This document shows, one piece after another, positions 49,067-60,065 of a DNA stretch of 64,000 nucleotides. Source of the DNA: Escherichia phage vB_EcoM_HZ_ZJUN4. The notes below the pieces were generated by a model. The model was not told the DNA's origin. It saw nothing but the letters and a program-made list of their open reading frames with translations, and searched no databases. The stretch is taken from the sequence record PP216085. The stretch is one strand, 5' to 3'. Made by a program: the position numbers and the translations under genes. Position 1 is the stretch's first letter, and each line of letters starts with the position of its first letter.

Positions 49067-50749
49067 GTGAAGAATTTTAAACTAAACCGAGTTAGGTATC
49101 AAAATATAATGTCAGTAGGTGGAAATCCTATTGACATTCAACTAGATAAGGTTCAAAAAACTCTTATTACTGGACGAAATGGCGGTGGTAAGTCTACTAT
49201 GTTAGAAGCCATCACATTTGGGCTTTTTGGCAAGCCATTCCGTGATGTAAAGAAAGGTCAATTAATAAACAGCACAAATAAGAAAGAACTTTTAGTTGAA
49301 CTGTGGATGGAATATGATGAGAAAAAGTACTATATCAAAAGAGGACAAAAACCAAACGTTTTCGAAATCACCGTTAACGGTACACGTCTTAATGAATCTG
49401 CCAGCAGTAAAGATTTCCAAGCAGAATTTGAACAGCTTATCGGAATGTCATATGCCAGTTTCAAGCAGATCGTCGTACTCGGCACGGCTGGATATACCCC
49501 TTTCATGGGCCTATCCACTCCTGCAAGAAGAAAACTCGTCGAAGACCTGCTCGAGGTAGGAACATTAGCTGAAATGGATAAGCTTAATAAAGCACTAATA
49601 CGTGAATTAAATTCACAAAACCAAGTGCTTGATGTTAAAAAAGATAGTATTATCCAACAAATTAAAATATATAATGATAACGTTGAACGCCAGAAAAAAT
49701 TAACCGGTGATAACCTTACTCGTCTGCAGAATATGTATGATGATTTGGCAAAAGAAGCTAGAACGTTAAAATCGGAAATAGAAGAAGCTAATGAAAGATT
49801 AGTTAATATTGTTTTGGATGAAGACCCGACTGATGCATTTAATAAAATCGGTCAAGAAGCATTTTTAATTAAATCAAAAATTGACTCGTATAATAAAGTC
49901 ATTAATATGTATCACGAAGGTGGATTATGTCCAACCTGTTTGTCACAATTAAGTTCCGGTGATAAAGTTGTTTCTAAAATTAAAGATAAAGTTTCTGAAT
50001 GCACGCATTCGTTTGAACAGCTTTCAACGCATCGTGATAATTTAAAAGTTCTTGTTGATGAATACCGAGATAATATTAAAACCCAGCAGACGTTGGCGAA
50101 TGATATTCGCAATAAAAAGCAATCCTTAATCACGACGGTAGATAAAGCTAAAAAGGTTAAAGCGGCTATAGAAAAAGCATCATCTGAGTTTATTGACCAT
50201 GCTGATGAAATAGCACTGCTTCAAGAAGAACTTGATAAAATTGTTAAGACAAAAACTAATTTGGTAATGGAAAAATACCACAGAGGAATTTTGACTGACA
50301 TGCTCAAAGATTCTGGTATTAAAGGTGCTATTATTAAAAAGTACATTCCATTATTTAATAAGCAGATTAACCATTATCTTAAAATAATGGAAGCGGATTA
50401 TGTGTTTACATTAGATGAAGAATTTAATGAGACAATTAAATCACGTGGTCGTGAAGATTTTAGTTATGCTTCATTTAGTGAAGGTGAAAAAGCACGAATC
50501 GATATTGCTCTTTTATTTACTTGGCGTGATATTGCTTCTATCGTATCTGGTGTTAGTATTAGTACATTAATTCTTGATGAAGTGTTTGATGGGTCATTTG
50601 ATGCCGAAGGTATTAAAGGCGTAGCTAATATTATAAATTCAATGAAAAATACTAATGTTTTTATAATTTCGCATAAAGACCATGACCCGCAAGAATATGG
50701 TCAGCATCTTCAAATGAAGAAAGTTGGTCGGTTTACTGTAATGGTTTAA
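49067..50749 (+). CDS. 46: recombination ATPase gp46 (Rad50/SbcC-like, 560 aa), GTG start
   Basis: Walker A GRNGGGKST, coiled-coil centre with CPTC zinc hook, signature SFSEGEKARI and Walker B LILDEVFDG; 560 aa from GTG. Confidence 0.92.
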   Translation: MKNFKLNRVRYQNIMSVGGNPIDIQLDKVQKTLITGRNGGGKSTMLEAITFGLFGKPFRDVKKGQLINSTNKKELLVELWMEYDEKKYYIKRGQKPNVFEITVNGTRLNESASSKDFQAEFEQLIGMSYASFKQIVVLGTAGYTPFMGLSTPARRKLVEDLLEVGTLAEMDKLNKALIRELNSQNQVLDVKKDSIIQQIKIYNDNVERQKKLTGDNLTRLQNMYDDLAKEARTLKSEIEEANERLVNIVLDEDPTDAFNKIGQEAFLIKSKIDSYNKVINMYHEGGLCPTCLSQLSSGDKVVSKIKDKVSECTHSFEQLSTHRDNLKVLVDEYRDNIKTQQTLANDIRNKKQSLITTVDKAKKVKAAIEKASSEFIDHADEIALLQEELDKIVKTKTNLVMEKYHRGILTDMLKDSGIKGAIIKKYIPLFNKQINHYLKIMEADYVFTLDEEFNETIKSRGREDFSYASFSEGEKARIDIALLFTWRDIASIVSGVSISTLILDEVFDGSFDAEGIKGVANIINSMKNTNVFIISHKDHDPQEYGQHLQMKKVGRFTVMV

Positions 50750-50762
50750 TTTATAAGAGATT

Positions 50763-50788
50763 ATGCTTTAATTTATTAGAGTATAATC
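50763..50788 (+). promoter_or_regulatory. MotA-dependent middle promoter
   Basis: MotA box ATGCTTTA, 12-nt spacer, TATAAT; upstream of ORF at 50805. Confidence 0.55.
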
Positions 50789-50804
50789 TCTATGGAGGAA
50801 AAAC

Positions 50805-50993
50805 ATGGAATATTCAACTGGACAGCATCTATTAACTATTCCCGAAATAAAACGATATATTCTGAGAAATAATTTTTCTAATGAAGAGCATATAGTTACT
50901 GAATCTATGCTTAAGAATGCATTTAAATCAGAATATACGAAAATAATGTCCAACAGAAATGAAGCTTGGACTGTTACTGATTATTATGACTAA
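50805..50993 (+). CDS. hypothetical protein (62 aa)
   Basis: ORF with GGAGGAAAAAC ribosome-binding site. Confidence 0.55.
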   Translation: MEYSTGQHLLTIPEIKRYILRNNFSNEEHIVTESMLKNAFKSEYTKIMSNRNEAWTVTDYYD

Positions 50994-51002
50994 AGGTGTA
51001 TT

Positions 51003-51392
51003 ATGACTAAAATTACTGTGAATTATAGTGTTGATGTAAAAGATATTCAGCCAAAACACGTGCGTTCTGAATCAAATCCACAAAACCAAAATAAAATTCG
51101 TCGAGCATGGGTTTTGTCTCTTTCTGATAACGCGATGGAAGTTATTCAGAGCAAAATTAAATCTGCACCTGCTCGTCATGCGTATTATGAAGCTATCGAT
51201 CGTGAAGTGAGTGATAAATGGATTGAACTGATGCGCAAACATACGGCAGAATCTCTAAACGCTGGTGCCAAATTTATTATGACTTCATGTGGTGAACGCC
51301 TTGAAGATGATTATTGCGGTAATGCAGATGAACGTCTAATTGTTGCTGCTCAAATTGTTGCGGAAATAATTGCTGCTGATTTTAATCGTTAA
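51003..51392 (+). CDS. rpbA: RNA polymerase-binding protein RpbA (129 aa)
   Basis: 129-aa ORF between 46 and 45; size and position as in T4. Confidence 0.8.
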   Translation: MTKITVNYSVDVKDIQPKHVRSESNPQNQNKIRRAWVLSLSDNAMEVIQSKIKSAPARHAYYEAIDREVSDKWIELMRKHTAESLNAGAKFIMTSCGERLEDDYCGNADERLIVAAQIVAEIIAADFNR

Positions 51393-51418
51393 TTGCTTTA
51401 TTAAATTAGTTATAAAAT
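51393..51418 (+). promoter_or_regulatory. MotA-dependent middle promoter of gene 45
   Basis: MotA box TTGCTTTA, about 11-nt spacer, TATAAAAT; about 30 nt upstream of gene 45. Confidence 0.55.
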
Positions 51419-51447
51419 TAAATCTCATTTGAATTGAAGGAAATTAC

Positions 51448-52134
51448 ATGAAACTGTCTAAAGATACTACTGCTCTGCTTAAAAATTTCGCTACTATTAA
51501 CTCTGGTATTATGCTTAAATCCGGTCAATTTATTATGACTCGCGCGGTTAATGGTACTACTTATGCGGAAGCAAATATTTCTGACACTATTGATTTTGAT
51601 GTAGCAATTTACGATTTGAACGGTTTTCTCGGTATTCTGTCTCTAGTTAATGACGATGCAGAAATTTCCCAGTCAGAAGATGGTAATATTAAAATTGCTG
51701 ATGCCCGTTCAACAATTTTTTGGCCAGCAGCCGATCCGAGTACAGTAGTTGCTCCTAATAAACCAATTCCATTCCCGGTAGCATCTGTTGTTACTGAAAT
51801 TAAAGCTGAAGACCTTCAACAGCTGTTGCGTGTATCTCGTGGTCTGCAGATTGATACAATTGCTATCACAGTAAAAGAAGGTAAAATCGTAATTAATGGT
51901 TTTAATAAAGTGGAAGATTCTGCTTTGACTCGTGTTAAATATTCTTTGACTCTTGGTGATTATGATGGTGAAAATACATTTAATTTCATTATCAATATGG
52001 CAAATATGAAAATGCAACCAGGAAATTATAAACTTCTGCTCTGGGCAAAAGGTAAACAAGGTGCTGCTAAATTTGAAGGTGAACACGCGAATTATGTAGT
52101 AGCTCTTGAAGCTGATTCTACCCACGATTTTTAA
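51448..52134 (+). CDS. 45: sliding clamp gp45 (228 aa)
   Basis: 228-aa ORF MKLSKDTTALLKNFATINSGIML...; matches T4 gp45. Confidence 0.93.
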   Translation: MKLSKDTTALLKNFATINSGIMLKSGQFIMTRAVNGTTYAEANISDTIDFDVAIYDLNGFLGILSLVNDDAEISQSEDGNIKIADARSTIFWPAADPSTVVAPNKPIPFPVASVVTEIKAEDLQQLLRVSRGLQIDTIAITVKEGKIVINGFNKVEDSALTRVKYSLTLGDYDGENTFNFIINMANMKMQPGNYKLLLWAKGKQGAAKFEGEHANYVVALEADSTHDF

Positions 52135-52185
52135 TAGAGGGCTTCGGCCCTTTATAATTTACATTAAAACTTGAATGAGGAAATT

Positions 52186-53145
52186 ATGATTACTGTAAAT
52201 GAAAAAGAACACATTCTTGAACAGAAATATCGTCCATCTACTATCGATGAATGTATTCTTCCCGCCTTTGATAAAGAAACCTTTAAATCTATTACAAGTA
52301 AAGGTAAAATTCCACATATTATTCTTCATTCTCCTTCTCCAGGAACAGGTAAAACAACCGTAGCAAAAGCATTATGTCATGATGTAAATGCTGATATGAT
52401 GTTTGTGAATGGGTCAGATTGTAAAATTGATTTCGTTCGCGGTCCTTTGACTAATTTTGCTAGTGCAGCTTCATTTGATGGTCGTCAAAAAGTAATTGTT
52501 ATTGATGAATTTGACCGTTCAGGGTTAGCAGAGTCTCAGCGACATCTTCGTTCCTTTATGGAAGCTTATAGTTCAAACTGTAGTATTATTATTACTGCTA
52601 ACAATATTGATGGTATTATTAAACCGCTTCAGTCACGCTGCCGAGTTATTACATTCGGTCAACCAACCGATGAAGATAAAATTGAAATGATGAAGCAGAT
52701 GATTCGTCGATTGACTGAAATCTGTAAGCATGAAGGAATTGCTATAGCTGATATGAAAGTTGTAGCAGCTTTGGTTAAAAAGAATTTTCCTGATTTTCGT
52801 AAAACTATTGGCGAGCTCGATAGTTATTCGTCTAAAGGTGTTTTGGATGCTGGTATTTTATCACTGGTTACTAACGATCGTGGTGCTATTGATGATGTTC
52901 TTGAATCTCTCAAAAATAAAGATGTTAAACAGCTCAGAGCTTTAGCACCAAAATATGCAGCTGATTATTCGTGGTTCGTAGGTAAACTTGCCGAAGAAAT
53001 TTATACACGCGTAACTCCGCAAAGTATTATTCGTATGTATGAAATTGTTGGTGAAAATAACCAGTATCATGGAATTGCGGCTAATACTGAATTACATTTA
53101 GCATATCTTTTCATTCAATTGGCATGTGAAATGCAGTGGAAGTGA
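52186..53145 (+). CDS. 44: clamp loader large subunit gp44 (319 aa)
   Basis: Internal ATG gives 319 aa; Walker [18 protein letters not shown] motif. Confidence 0.93.
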   Translation: MITVNEKEHILEQKYRPSTIDECILPAFDKETFKSITSKGKIPHIILHSPSPGTGKTTVAKALCHDVNADMMFVNGSDCKIDFVRGPLTNFASAASFDGRQKVIVIDEFDRSGLAESQRHLRSFMEAYSSNCSIIITANNIDGIIKPLQSRCRVITFGQPTDEDKIEMMKQMIRRLTEICKHEGIAIADMKVVAALVKKNFPDFRKTIGELDSYSSKGVLDAGILSLVTNDRGAIDDVLESLKNKDVKQLRALAPKYAADYSWFVGKLAEEIYTRVTPQSIIRMYEIVGENNQYHGIAANTELHLAYLFIQLACEMQWK

Positions 53146-53146
53146 T

Positions 53147-53710
53147 ATGAGCTTATTTGAAGATGATATTCAATTAAACGAGCATCAAGTTGCTTGGTAT
53201 TCAAAAGATTGGACAGCTGTCCAATCTGCTGCTGATTCTTTTAAAGAAAAAGCTGAAAATGAGTTTTTTGAAATAATTGGGGCTATCAATAATAAAACTA
53301 AATGCTCTATTGCTCAAAAAGATTATTCAAAATACATGGTTGAAAATGCATTATCACAATTTCCGGAGTGCATGCCAGCTGTATATGCTATGAATTTAAT
53401 TGGATCAGGTTTAAGCGATGAAGCCCATTTTAATTATCTGATGGCTGCTGTTCCTCGGGGTAAAAGATACGGTAAATGGGCAAAACTGGTTGAAGATTCT
53501 ACCGAAGTATTGATTATTAAGTTACTTGCTAAGAGGTATCAAGTTAATACAAATGATGCAATTAACTATAAATCAATTCTTACTAAAAATGGAAAACTTC
53601 CTTTAGTATTAAAAGAACTAAAAGGTTTAGTCACGGATGATTTTTTGAAAGAAGTGACTAAGAATGTAAAAGAACAGAAACAACTTAAAAAACTAGCATT
53701 GGAATGGTAA
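53147..53710 (+). CDS. 62: clamp loader small subunit gp62 (187 aa)
   Basis: ATG overlapping the gene 44 stop; 187 aa. Confidence 0.9.
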   Translation: MSLFEDDIQLNEHQVAWYSKDWTAVQSAADSFKEKAENEFFEIIGAINNKTKCSIAQKDYSKYMVENALSQFPECMPAVYAMNLIGSGLSDEAHFNYLMAAVPRGKRYGKWAKLVEDSTEVLIIKLLAKRYQVNTNDAINYKSILTKNGKLPLVLKELKGLVTDDFLKEVTKNVKEQKQLKKLALEW

Positions 53711-53711
53711 A

Positions 53712-54080
53712 ATGATTGAAATTACTCTTAAAAAACCTGAAGATTTTCTGAAAGTAAAAGAAACTTTGACTCGCATGGGAATTGCTAATAATAAAGATAA
53801 AGTTCTGTATCAGTCCTGTCATATTCTTCAGAAAAAAGGACTATACTATATCGTTCATTTTAAAGAAATGCTTCGTATGGATGGTCGTCAAGTTGAAATG
53901 ACAGAAGAAGATGAAGTTCGTCGTGATTCGATTGCATGGCTGTTAGAAGATTGGGGACTGATTGAAATCGCTCCAGGTCAAAGAACTTTTATGAAAGATT
54001 TAACTAATAACTTCCGAGTTATTTCTTTTAAGCAAAAACATGAATGGAAACTCGTTCCTAAATATACGATTGGAAATTAA
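53712..54080 (+). CDS. regA: translational repressor RegA (122 aa)
   Basis: 122-aa ORF MIEITLKKPEDFLKVKETLTRMGIANNKDK...; matches T4 RegA. Confidence 0.92.
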   Translation: MIEITLKKPEDFLKVKETLTRMGIANNKDKVLYQSCHILQKKGLYYIVHFKEMLRMDGRQVEMTEEDEVRRDSIAWLLEDWGLIEIAPGQRTFMKDLTNNFRVISFKQKHEWKLVPKYTIGN

Positions 54081-54158
54081 GCAAGGGGCTTCGGCCCCTT
54101 ATTTGGAGTATAATATATCAAGAGCCTAATAACTCGGGCTATAAACTAAGGAATATCT

Positions 54159-56855
54159 ATGAAAGAATTTTATATCTCTATTGAAACAGTCGGAAATAAC
54201 ATTGTTGAACGTTATATTGATGAAAATGGAAAGGAACGTACTCGTGAAGTAGAATATCTTCCGACTATGTTTAGGCATTGTAAGGAAGAGTCAAAATACA
54301 AAGACATTTATGGTAAAAATTGTGCTCCTCAAAAATTTCCATCAATGAAAGATGCCCGAGACTGGATGAAACGAATGGAAGACATCGGTCTCGAAGCTCT
54401 CGGTATGAACGATTTTAAACTCGCTTATATCAGTGATACATATGGTTCAGAAATTGTTTATGACCGAAAATTTGTTCGTGTAGCTAACTGTGACATTGAG
54501 GTTACTGGTGATAAATTTCCTGACCCAATGAAAGCAGAATATGAAATTGATGCTATCACTCATTATGATTCAATTGACGACCGTTTTTACGTCTTTGATT
54601 TGTTGAATTCAATGTACGGTTCAGTATCAAAATGGGATGCAAAGTTAGCTGCTAAGCTTGACTGTGAAGGTGGTGATGAAGTTCCTCAAGAAATTCTTGA
54701 CCGAGTAATTTATATGCCATTTGATAATGAGCGTGATATGCTCATGGAATATATTAATCTCTGGGAACAGAAACGACCTGCTATTTTTACTGGTTGGAAT
54801 ATTGAGGGATTTGACGTTCCGTATATCATGAATCGTGTTAAAATGGTTCTCGGCGAACGCAGTATGAAACGCTTCTCTCCAATCGGTCGAGTAAAATCTA
54901 AACTAATTCAAAATATGTACGGTAGCAAAGAAATTTATTCTATTGATGGCGTATCTATTCTTGATTATTTAGATTTGTACAAGAAATTCGCATTTACTAA
55001 TTTGCCATCATTCTCTTTGGAATCAGTTGCTCAGCACGAAACCAAAAAAGGTAAATTACCATACGACGGTCCTATTAATAAACTTCGTGAGACTAATCAT
55101 CAACGATACATTAGTTATAACATCATTGACGTAGAATCAGTTCAAGCAATTGATAAAATTCGCGGGTTTATTGATCTAGTTTTAAGTATGTCTTATTACG
55201 CTAAAATGCCTTTTTCTGGTGTAATGAGTCCTATTAAAACTTGGGATGCTATTATTTTTAACTCATTGAAAGGTGAACATAAGGTTATTCCTCAACAAGG
55301 TTCGCACGTTAAACAAAGTTTTCCAGGTGCATTTGTATTTGAACCTAAAGCGATTGCTCGTCGATACATTATGAGTTTTGACTTGACGTCTCTGTATCCG
55401 AGTATTATTCGTCAGGTTAACATTAGTCCTGAAACTATTCGTGGTCAGTTTAAAGTTCATCCAATTCATGAATATATCGCAGGAACAGCTCCTAAACCGA
55501 GTGATGAATATTCTTGTTCTCCGAATGGATGGATGTATGATAAGCATCAAGAAGGTATCATTCCAAAGGAAATCGCTAAAGTATTTTTCCAGCGTAAAGA
55601 TTGGAAAAAGAAAATGTTCGCCGAAGAAATGAATGCCGAAGCTATTAAAAAGATTATTATGAAAGGTGCAGGGTCTTGTTCAACTAAACCAGAAGTTGAA
55701 CGATATGTTAAGTTCAATGATGATTTCTTAAATGAATTATCGAATTACACCGAATCTGTTCTTAATAGTCTGATCGAAGAATGTGAAAAAGCAGCTACAC
55801 TTGCTAACACAAATCAGCTGAACCGTAAAATTCTTATTAACAGTCTTTATGGTGCTCTTGGTAACATTCATTTCCGCTATTATGATTTGCGAAATGCTAC
55901 TGCTATCACAATTTTTGGTCAAGTCGGTATTCAGTGGATTGCTCGTAAAATTAATGAATACCTGAATAAAGTGTGTGGAACTGATGGTGAAGATTTCATT
56001 GCAGCGGGTGACACTGATTCTGTATATGTTTGTGTAGATAAAGTAATTGAAAAAGTAGGTCTTGACCGCTTTAAAGAACAAAATGATTTAGTTGAATTCA
56101 TGAATCAGTTCGGTAAGAAAAAGATGGAACCTATGATTGATGTTGCATATCGTGAGTTATGTGATTATATGAATAACCGCGAGCATCTGATGCATATGGA
56201 CCGTGAAGCTATTTCTTGTCCTCCGCTTGGTTCAAAGGGTGTCGGTGGATTTTGGAAAGCGAAAAAACGTTATGCTCTAAACGTTTATGATATGGAAGAT
56301 AAGCGATTTGCTGAACCACATCTAAAAATCATGGGTATGGAAACTCAGCAGAGTTCAACACCAAAAGCAGTACAAGAAGCTCTCGAAGAAAGTATTCGTC
56401 GTATTCTTCAGGAAGGCGAAGAGTCTGTCCAAGAATACTACAAGAACTTTGAGAAAGAATATCGTCAACTTGACTATAAAGTTATTGCTGAAGTAAAAAC
56501 TGCGAATGATATAGCGAAATATGATGATAAAGGTTGGCCAGGATTTAAATGCCCGTTCCACATTCGCGGGGTGCTAACTTATCGTCGAGCTGTTAGTGGT
56601 TTAGGTGTAGCTCCAATTTTGGATGGAAATAAGGTAATGGTTCTTCCATTACGTGAGGGAAATCCATTTGGTGACAAGTGCATTGCTTGGCCATCAGGTA
56701 CGGAACTTCCAAAAGAAATTCGTTCTGATGTACTGTCTTGGATTGACTACTCAACTTTGTTCCAAAAATCGTTTGTTAAACCGCTTGCGGGCATGTGTGA
56801 ATCGGCAGGTATGGACTATGAGGAAAAAGCTTCGTTAGACTTCCTGTTTGGCTGA
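54159..56855 (+). CDS. 43: DNA polymerase gp43 (family B, 898 aa)
   Basis: Exonuclease motifs (DIE, YNIIDV) and polymerase motifs (DLTSLYPS, KILINSLYGALG, GDTDS); 898 aa. Confidence 0.96.
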   Translation: MKEFYISIETVGNNIVERYIDENGKERTREVEYLPTMFRHCKEESKYKDIYGKNCAPQKFPSMKDARDWMKRMEDIGLEALGMNDFKLAYISDTYGSEIVYDRKFVRVANCDIEVTGDKFPDPMKAEYEIDAITHYDSIDDRFYVFDLLNSMYGSVSKWDAKLAAKLDCEGGDEVPQEILDRVIYMPFDNERDMLMEYINLWEQKRPAIFTGWNIEGFDVPYIMNRVKMVLGERSMKRFSPIGRVKSKLIQNMYGSKEIYSIDGVSILDYLDLYKKFAFTNLPSFSLESVAQHETKKGKLPYDGPINKLRETNHQRYISYNIIDVESVQAIDKIRGFIDLVLSMSYYAKMPFSGVMSPIKTWDAIIFNSLKGEHKVIPQQGSHVKQSFPGAFVFEPKAIARRYIMSFDLTSLYPSIIRQVNISPETIRGQFKVHPIHEYIAGTAPKPSDEYSCSPNGWMYDKHQEGIIPKEIAKVFFQRKDWKKKMFAEEMNAEAIKKIIMKGAGSCSTKPEVERYVKFNDDFLNELSNYTESVLNSLIEECEKAATLANTNQLNRKILINSLYGALGNIHFRYYDLRNATAITIFGQVGIQWIARKINEYLNKVCGTDGEDFIAAGDTDSVYVCVDKVIEKVGLDRFKEQNDLVEFMNQFGKKKMEPMIDVAYRELCDYMNNREHLMHMDREAISCPPLGSKGVGGFWKAKKRYALNVYDMEDKRFAEPHLKIMGMETQQSSTPKAVQEALEESIRRILQEGEESVQEYYKNFEKEYRQLDYKVIAEVKTANDIAKYDDKGWPGFKCPFHIRGVLTYRRAVSGLGVAPILDGNKVMVLPLREGNPFGDKCIAWPSGTELPKEIRSDVLSWIDYSTLFQKSFVKPLAGMCESAGMDYEEKASLDFLFG

Positions 56856-56868
56856 TAGAATAAATCTA

Positions 56869-56889
56869 GGGACCTCCGGGTCCCTTTTT
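56869..56889 (+). terminator. intrinsic terminator (GGGACC-TCCG-GGTCCC + TTTTT)
   Basis: Perfect hairpin plus T-tract after gene 43. Confidence 0.7.
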
Positions 56890-56972
56890 CATACAAGTAA
56901 TATAAATCTATACTTAGGAAAAATAGATGATTCTGGGCCCTTTGAATTCATTAAAAATTTTTTCACAAAATG

Positions 56973-57004
56973 GTTTACATCTCTGTTCTTCCGTGGTACT
57001 ATAC
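56973..57004 (+). promoter_or_regulatory. early promoter with conserved leader
   Basis: TGGTTTAC ... GGTACTATACAACTATCAACTG; leader and ribosome-binding site GGATTTGGAGAATGAAATG identical to module at 15323. Confidence 0.65.
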
Positions 57005-57036
57005 AACTATCAACTGATGCGGATTTGGAGAATGAA

Positions 57037-57417
57037 ATGAAAATCGCTATTTTGGTTATTGCATTGGGTCTTACTGGTTGTGTAGCTCAAGGACCGGTAG
57101 TAAATCAATCTGATGTAGGAAAAATTGTAAACTGTTCAAGCAAATTTTATAATCCTAATGTTAAGTGTTATAAAGAAGCTCCAAAACAGACATTAGAACA
57201 AATGCAGGCGAATTTTGATGAAGCTATTCGTCCAGATGAATCTGCACAAGCATATCGTAATTCAGATGTAATTACACGCGAAGAAAAAATTGAAAACTAC
57301 TGCGCTGTGCTTTGGGCAAATTGGGCTAATAATTACCAATGGCGCACAGGTAAAAATGCTCCAATGGAGTATGTAGTGAATTCTTATAATTCATGTGTAA
57401 AAAATTTGACTAAGTGA
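57037..57417 (+). CDS. lipoprotein (126 aa), imm.1 position
   Basis: Signal peptide with lipobox LTGC (MKIAILVIALGLTGC); start downstream of the promoter rather than at the track start. Confidence 0.65.
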   Translation: MKIAILVIALGLTGCVAQGPVVNQSDVGKIVNCSSKFYNPNVKCYKEAPKQTLEQMQANFDEAIRPDESAQAYRNSDVITREEKIENYCAVLWANWANNYQWRTGKNAPMEYVVNSYNSCVKNLTK

Positions 57418-57424
57418 GGAAAAC

Positions 57425-57676
57425 ATGGAAACTTTAGTAGCAGGTTCAATTTTTATGGTTTTAGTTTCAGGCGTGTTGGCTATTATTATATACATGCTTC
57501 CATGGTTCATCGCCTTGATGCGCGGGTCAAAATCGACAGTAGGAATCTTTTTCACATCTTTACTGTTTAACTGGTCAATTATTGGTTGGTTTATTACATT
57601 TATTTGGTCAATTGCTGGTGAAACTAAAAAATCTGCGCAGCCAAATCAGGTAATTATCATCAGAGAGAAGGAATGA
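57425..57676 (+). CDS. imm: superinfection immunity protein Imm (83 aa)
   Basis: 83-aa two-helix membrane protein; size and position between 43 and 42. Confidence 0.85.
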   Translation: METLVAGSIFMVLVSGVLAIIIYMLPWFIALMRGSKSTVGIFFTSLLFNWSIIGWFITFIWSIAGETKKSAQPNQVIIIREKE

Positions 57677-57829
57677 AAAGCAAAATTTTAGCAGTATTGC
57701 TTTTAATATTGATGATTATAATAAGTATATACTATAGCGTAACAGTTCCTTGTATGATTCCGCCACTTATTATAGGTTGGGGTTTATTACTGTTACAAGT
57801 TAAATATGAATGTATCAATTGAGGTTTAA

Positions 57830-58570
57830 ATGATTAATGACTCTATGACAGTTGAAGAAATTCGTCTTCATTTGGGAATTGCATTAAAGGAAAAAGATTT
57901 TGTAATTGACAAAACCGGGGTTAAAACTATTGAAATTATTGGTGCATCATTTGTAGCAGATGAACCTTTTATTTTTGGCGCTCTTAATGATGAATACATT
58001 CAGCGTGAACTTGAATGGTATAAGTCTCAAAGTTTGTTTGTTAAAGATATTCCAGGTGAAACACCAAAGATTTGGCAGCAGGTAGCATCTTCTAAAGGCG
58101 AAATTAACTCGAATTATGGTTGGGCTATTTGGTCAGAAGATAACTATGCTCAGTATGATATGTGTTTAGCTGAACTTGGTCAAAATCCTGATTCTCGGCG
58201 TGGTATCATGATTTATACTCGTCCATCCATGCAGTTTGACTACAATAAAGATGGTATGTCAGATTTCATGTGTACGAATACAGTACAGTACCTGATTCGT
58301 GATAAGAAAGTCAATGCAGTAGTAAGCATGAGAAGCAATGATTGCTGGGCAGGCTATCGTAATGATTATGCTTGGCAAAAATACGTACTAGATAAATTAG
58401 TATCTGACTTGAATGCAGGCGACCCATCGCGGCAATATAAAGCAGGTTCTATTATATGGAACGTTGGAAGTCTTCATGTGTACGAAAATCAGTTTTATTT
58501 AGTTGACCATTGGTGGAACACCGGTGAGACTCATATTGCTAAAAAGGATTATACTGGAAAATGGAAGTAA
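57830..58570 (+). CDS. 42: dCMP hydroxymethylase gp42 (246 aa)
   Basis: 246-aa ORF MINDSMTVEEIRLHLG...; thymidylate-synthase-like fold; matches T4 gp42. Confidence 0.93.
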   Translation: MINDSMTVEEIRLHLGIALKEKDFVIDKTGVKTIEIIGASFVADEPFIFGALNDEYIQRELEWYKSQSLFVKDIPGETPKIWQQVASSKGEINSNYGWAIWSEDNYAQYDMCLAELGQNPDSRRGIMIYTRPSMQFDYNKDGMSDFMCTNTVQYLIRDKKVNAVVSMRSNDCWAGYRNDYAWQKYVLDKLVSDLNAGDPSRQYKAGSIIWNVGSLHVYENQFYLVDHWWNTGETHIAKKDYTGKWK

Positions 58571-59202
58571 ATGTGCCACATGTTTATAAGTATAAACATC
58601 CTAAAACTAAAAAGTGGTATATAGGAAGTCATGATGGTCACAACCCGAATTATGATGGTTCGGGTGTAGTTTGGCAACATGCTAAAAAGAAATATGGAAT
58701 AAAATCCTTTAATAAAGAAATATTATATGAAGGACCAATGTTTAGACAGGTTGAAGAAATTATTTTAACTTGTTTAGATGCTGCTAATTGTCCGGATTCA
58801 TATAATTTAAAGAATGAAGCATGGGGAGGAAGTTTTCCAGGCAAATTAAATGGAATGTACGGTAAAAAACTATCTCCAGAAGAAAGATATAAGTGCGGAA
58901 ATGCCTTTCGTGGAATCAAGCGTCCTGATCATTCTAAAAGAATGAAAGGCGAAGGTAATCCAATGTATGGTAAAAATGAGCAGGCATATGGAATTATAAA
59001 TCGAGCCAAGGAAAATTCTGGTAAAACTTATGAAGAAATTTTTGGCGTAGAAAAAGCTAAAATAATTAAAGAAACGATGTCTAAAAATCGTAAAGGAAAA
59101 CCTCATAATTTGATAGAAAAAATATGTCCGCATTGCGGACTAAAAGGACGTGGGCCAAATATGACAAGATACCATTTTGACAAATGTAAGGCACTTAAAT
59201 GA
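58561..59202 (+). mobile_element. GIY-YIG homing endonuclease (seg-like, 213 aa)
   Basis: GIY-YIG motif VYKYKHPKTKKWYIGS near N-terminus; repeated NUMOD-like modules (NGMYGKK, NPMYGKN); C-terminal Cys pair. Confidence 0.75.
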
Positions 59203-60041
59203 TTCAATTCGTAATTCCAAGTTATCAACGCGTAGGGGCAGTTTCTGCCCTTGATATGTTTCCGACTGATTATGAACCTCATATTGTAGTACGTGAACAC
59301 GAAGAAAAAGCTTATTATGACGCTTACGGGTCTAGAGCTAAAATTATAACTATTCCTGATGATGTTAATGGAATTGCTGGAACTCGTAAAGCAATTACTG
59401 ATATGTATGCAGGTCAACGAATCTGGATGATTGACGATGATACTACTATTCGTATGAGTTCAATGCGAAAGAAAGATGATCGTCGCTGCGTAGATAAAAT
59501 TAACCAGTTAACTCGTGAACAGTTCTATGAATTGATTCAATACGTTGAAGATGCCATGGATTGCGGGTATTATCATGGTCATGCTCGTTTACCTATTTTT
59601 AAAATTACTTCATCTTGGGGTAATTATCGTGAAAATTCATATGGATTCACGAATACTTGGTATGACCTCGGAAAACTTGCAACAGAACAAATTGGGTATG
59701 GAAAAATTGATTTATGCGAAGATATGTATGCATTTCTCAATTTAATTAATCAAGGTTATCCGCATTTGGCCTTGTTCAAATATCTAGTTGTATCTGGAAA
59801 AGCACAGGCTCCCGGTGGATGCAGCTCAATTCGTAGTAATTCAAAACATAATAGAGCGCTTGAGCAAATCAATAGAGAGTTTCCAGAGCAAGCTCGTTGG
59901 AAAACTTCTAATATTGAAAAACGAAAATCATTGGGTGAAGAAGACGAGCCATTAAAGGTTCTTCGCATGTGTGTTTCACGCAAAGAAAAGTCAGAAGCAT
60001 TTCATAAGTTTAATGCTATTCATCCAATAGCAGTTGATTAA
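59199..60041 (+). CDS. probable DNA glycosyltransferase at the beta-gt locus (280 aa)
   Basis: Located between 42 and uvsX where T4 has beta-gt, but at 280 aa it does not match T4 beta-gt as I recall it; possibly the T2/T6-type second glucosyltransferase. Confidence 0.5.
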   Translation: MIQFVIPSYQRVGAVSALDMFPTDYEPHIVVREHEEKAYYDAYGSRAKIITIPDDVNGIAGTRKAITDMYAGQRIWMIDDDTTIRMSSMRKKDDRRCVDKINQLTREQFYELIQYVEDAMDCGYYHGHARLPIFKITSSWGNYRENSYGFTNTWYDLGKLATEQIGYGKIDLCEDMYAFLNLINQGYPHLALFKYLVVSGKAQAPGGCSSIRSNSKHNRALEQINREFPEQARWKTSNIEKRKSLGEEDEPLKVLRMCVSRKEKSEAFHKFNAIHPIAVD

Positions 60042-60065
60042 TGCCTAAATTTATTGTGTTATAAT
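60041..60065 (+). promoter_or_regulatory. possible middle promoter upstream of uvsX
   Basis: MotA-box-like ATGCCTAA with TATAAT about 11 nt downstream. Confidence 0.4.
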
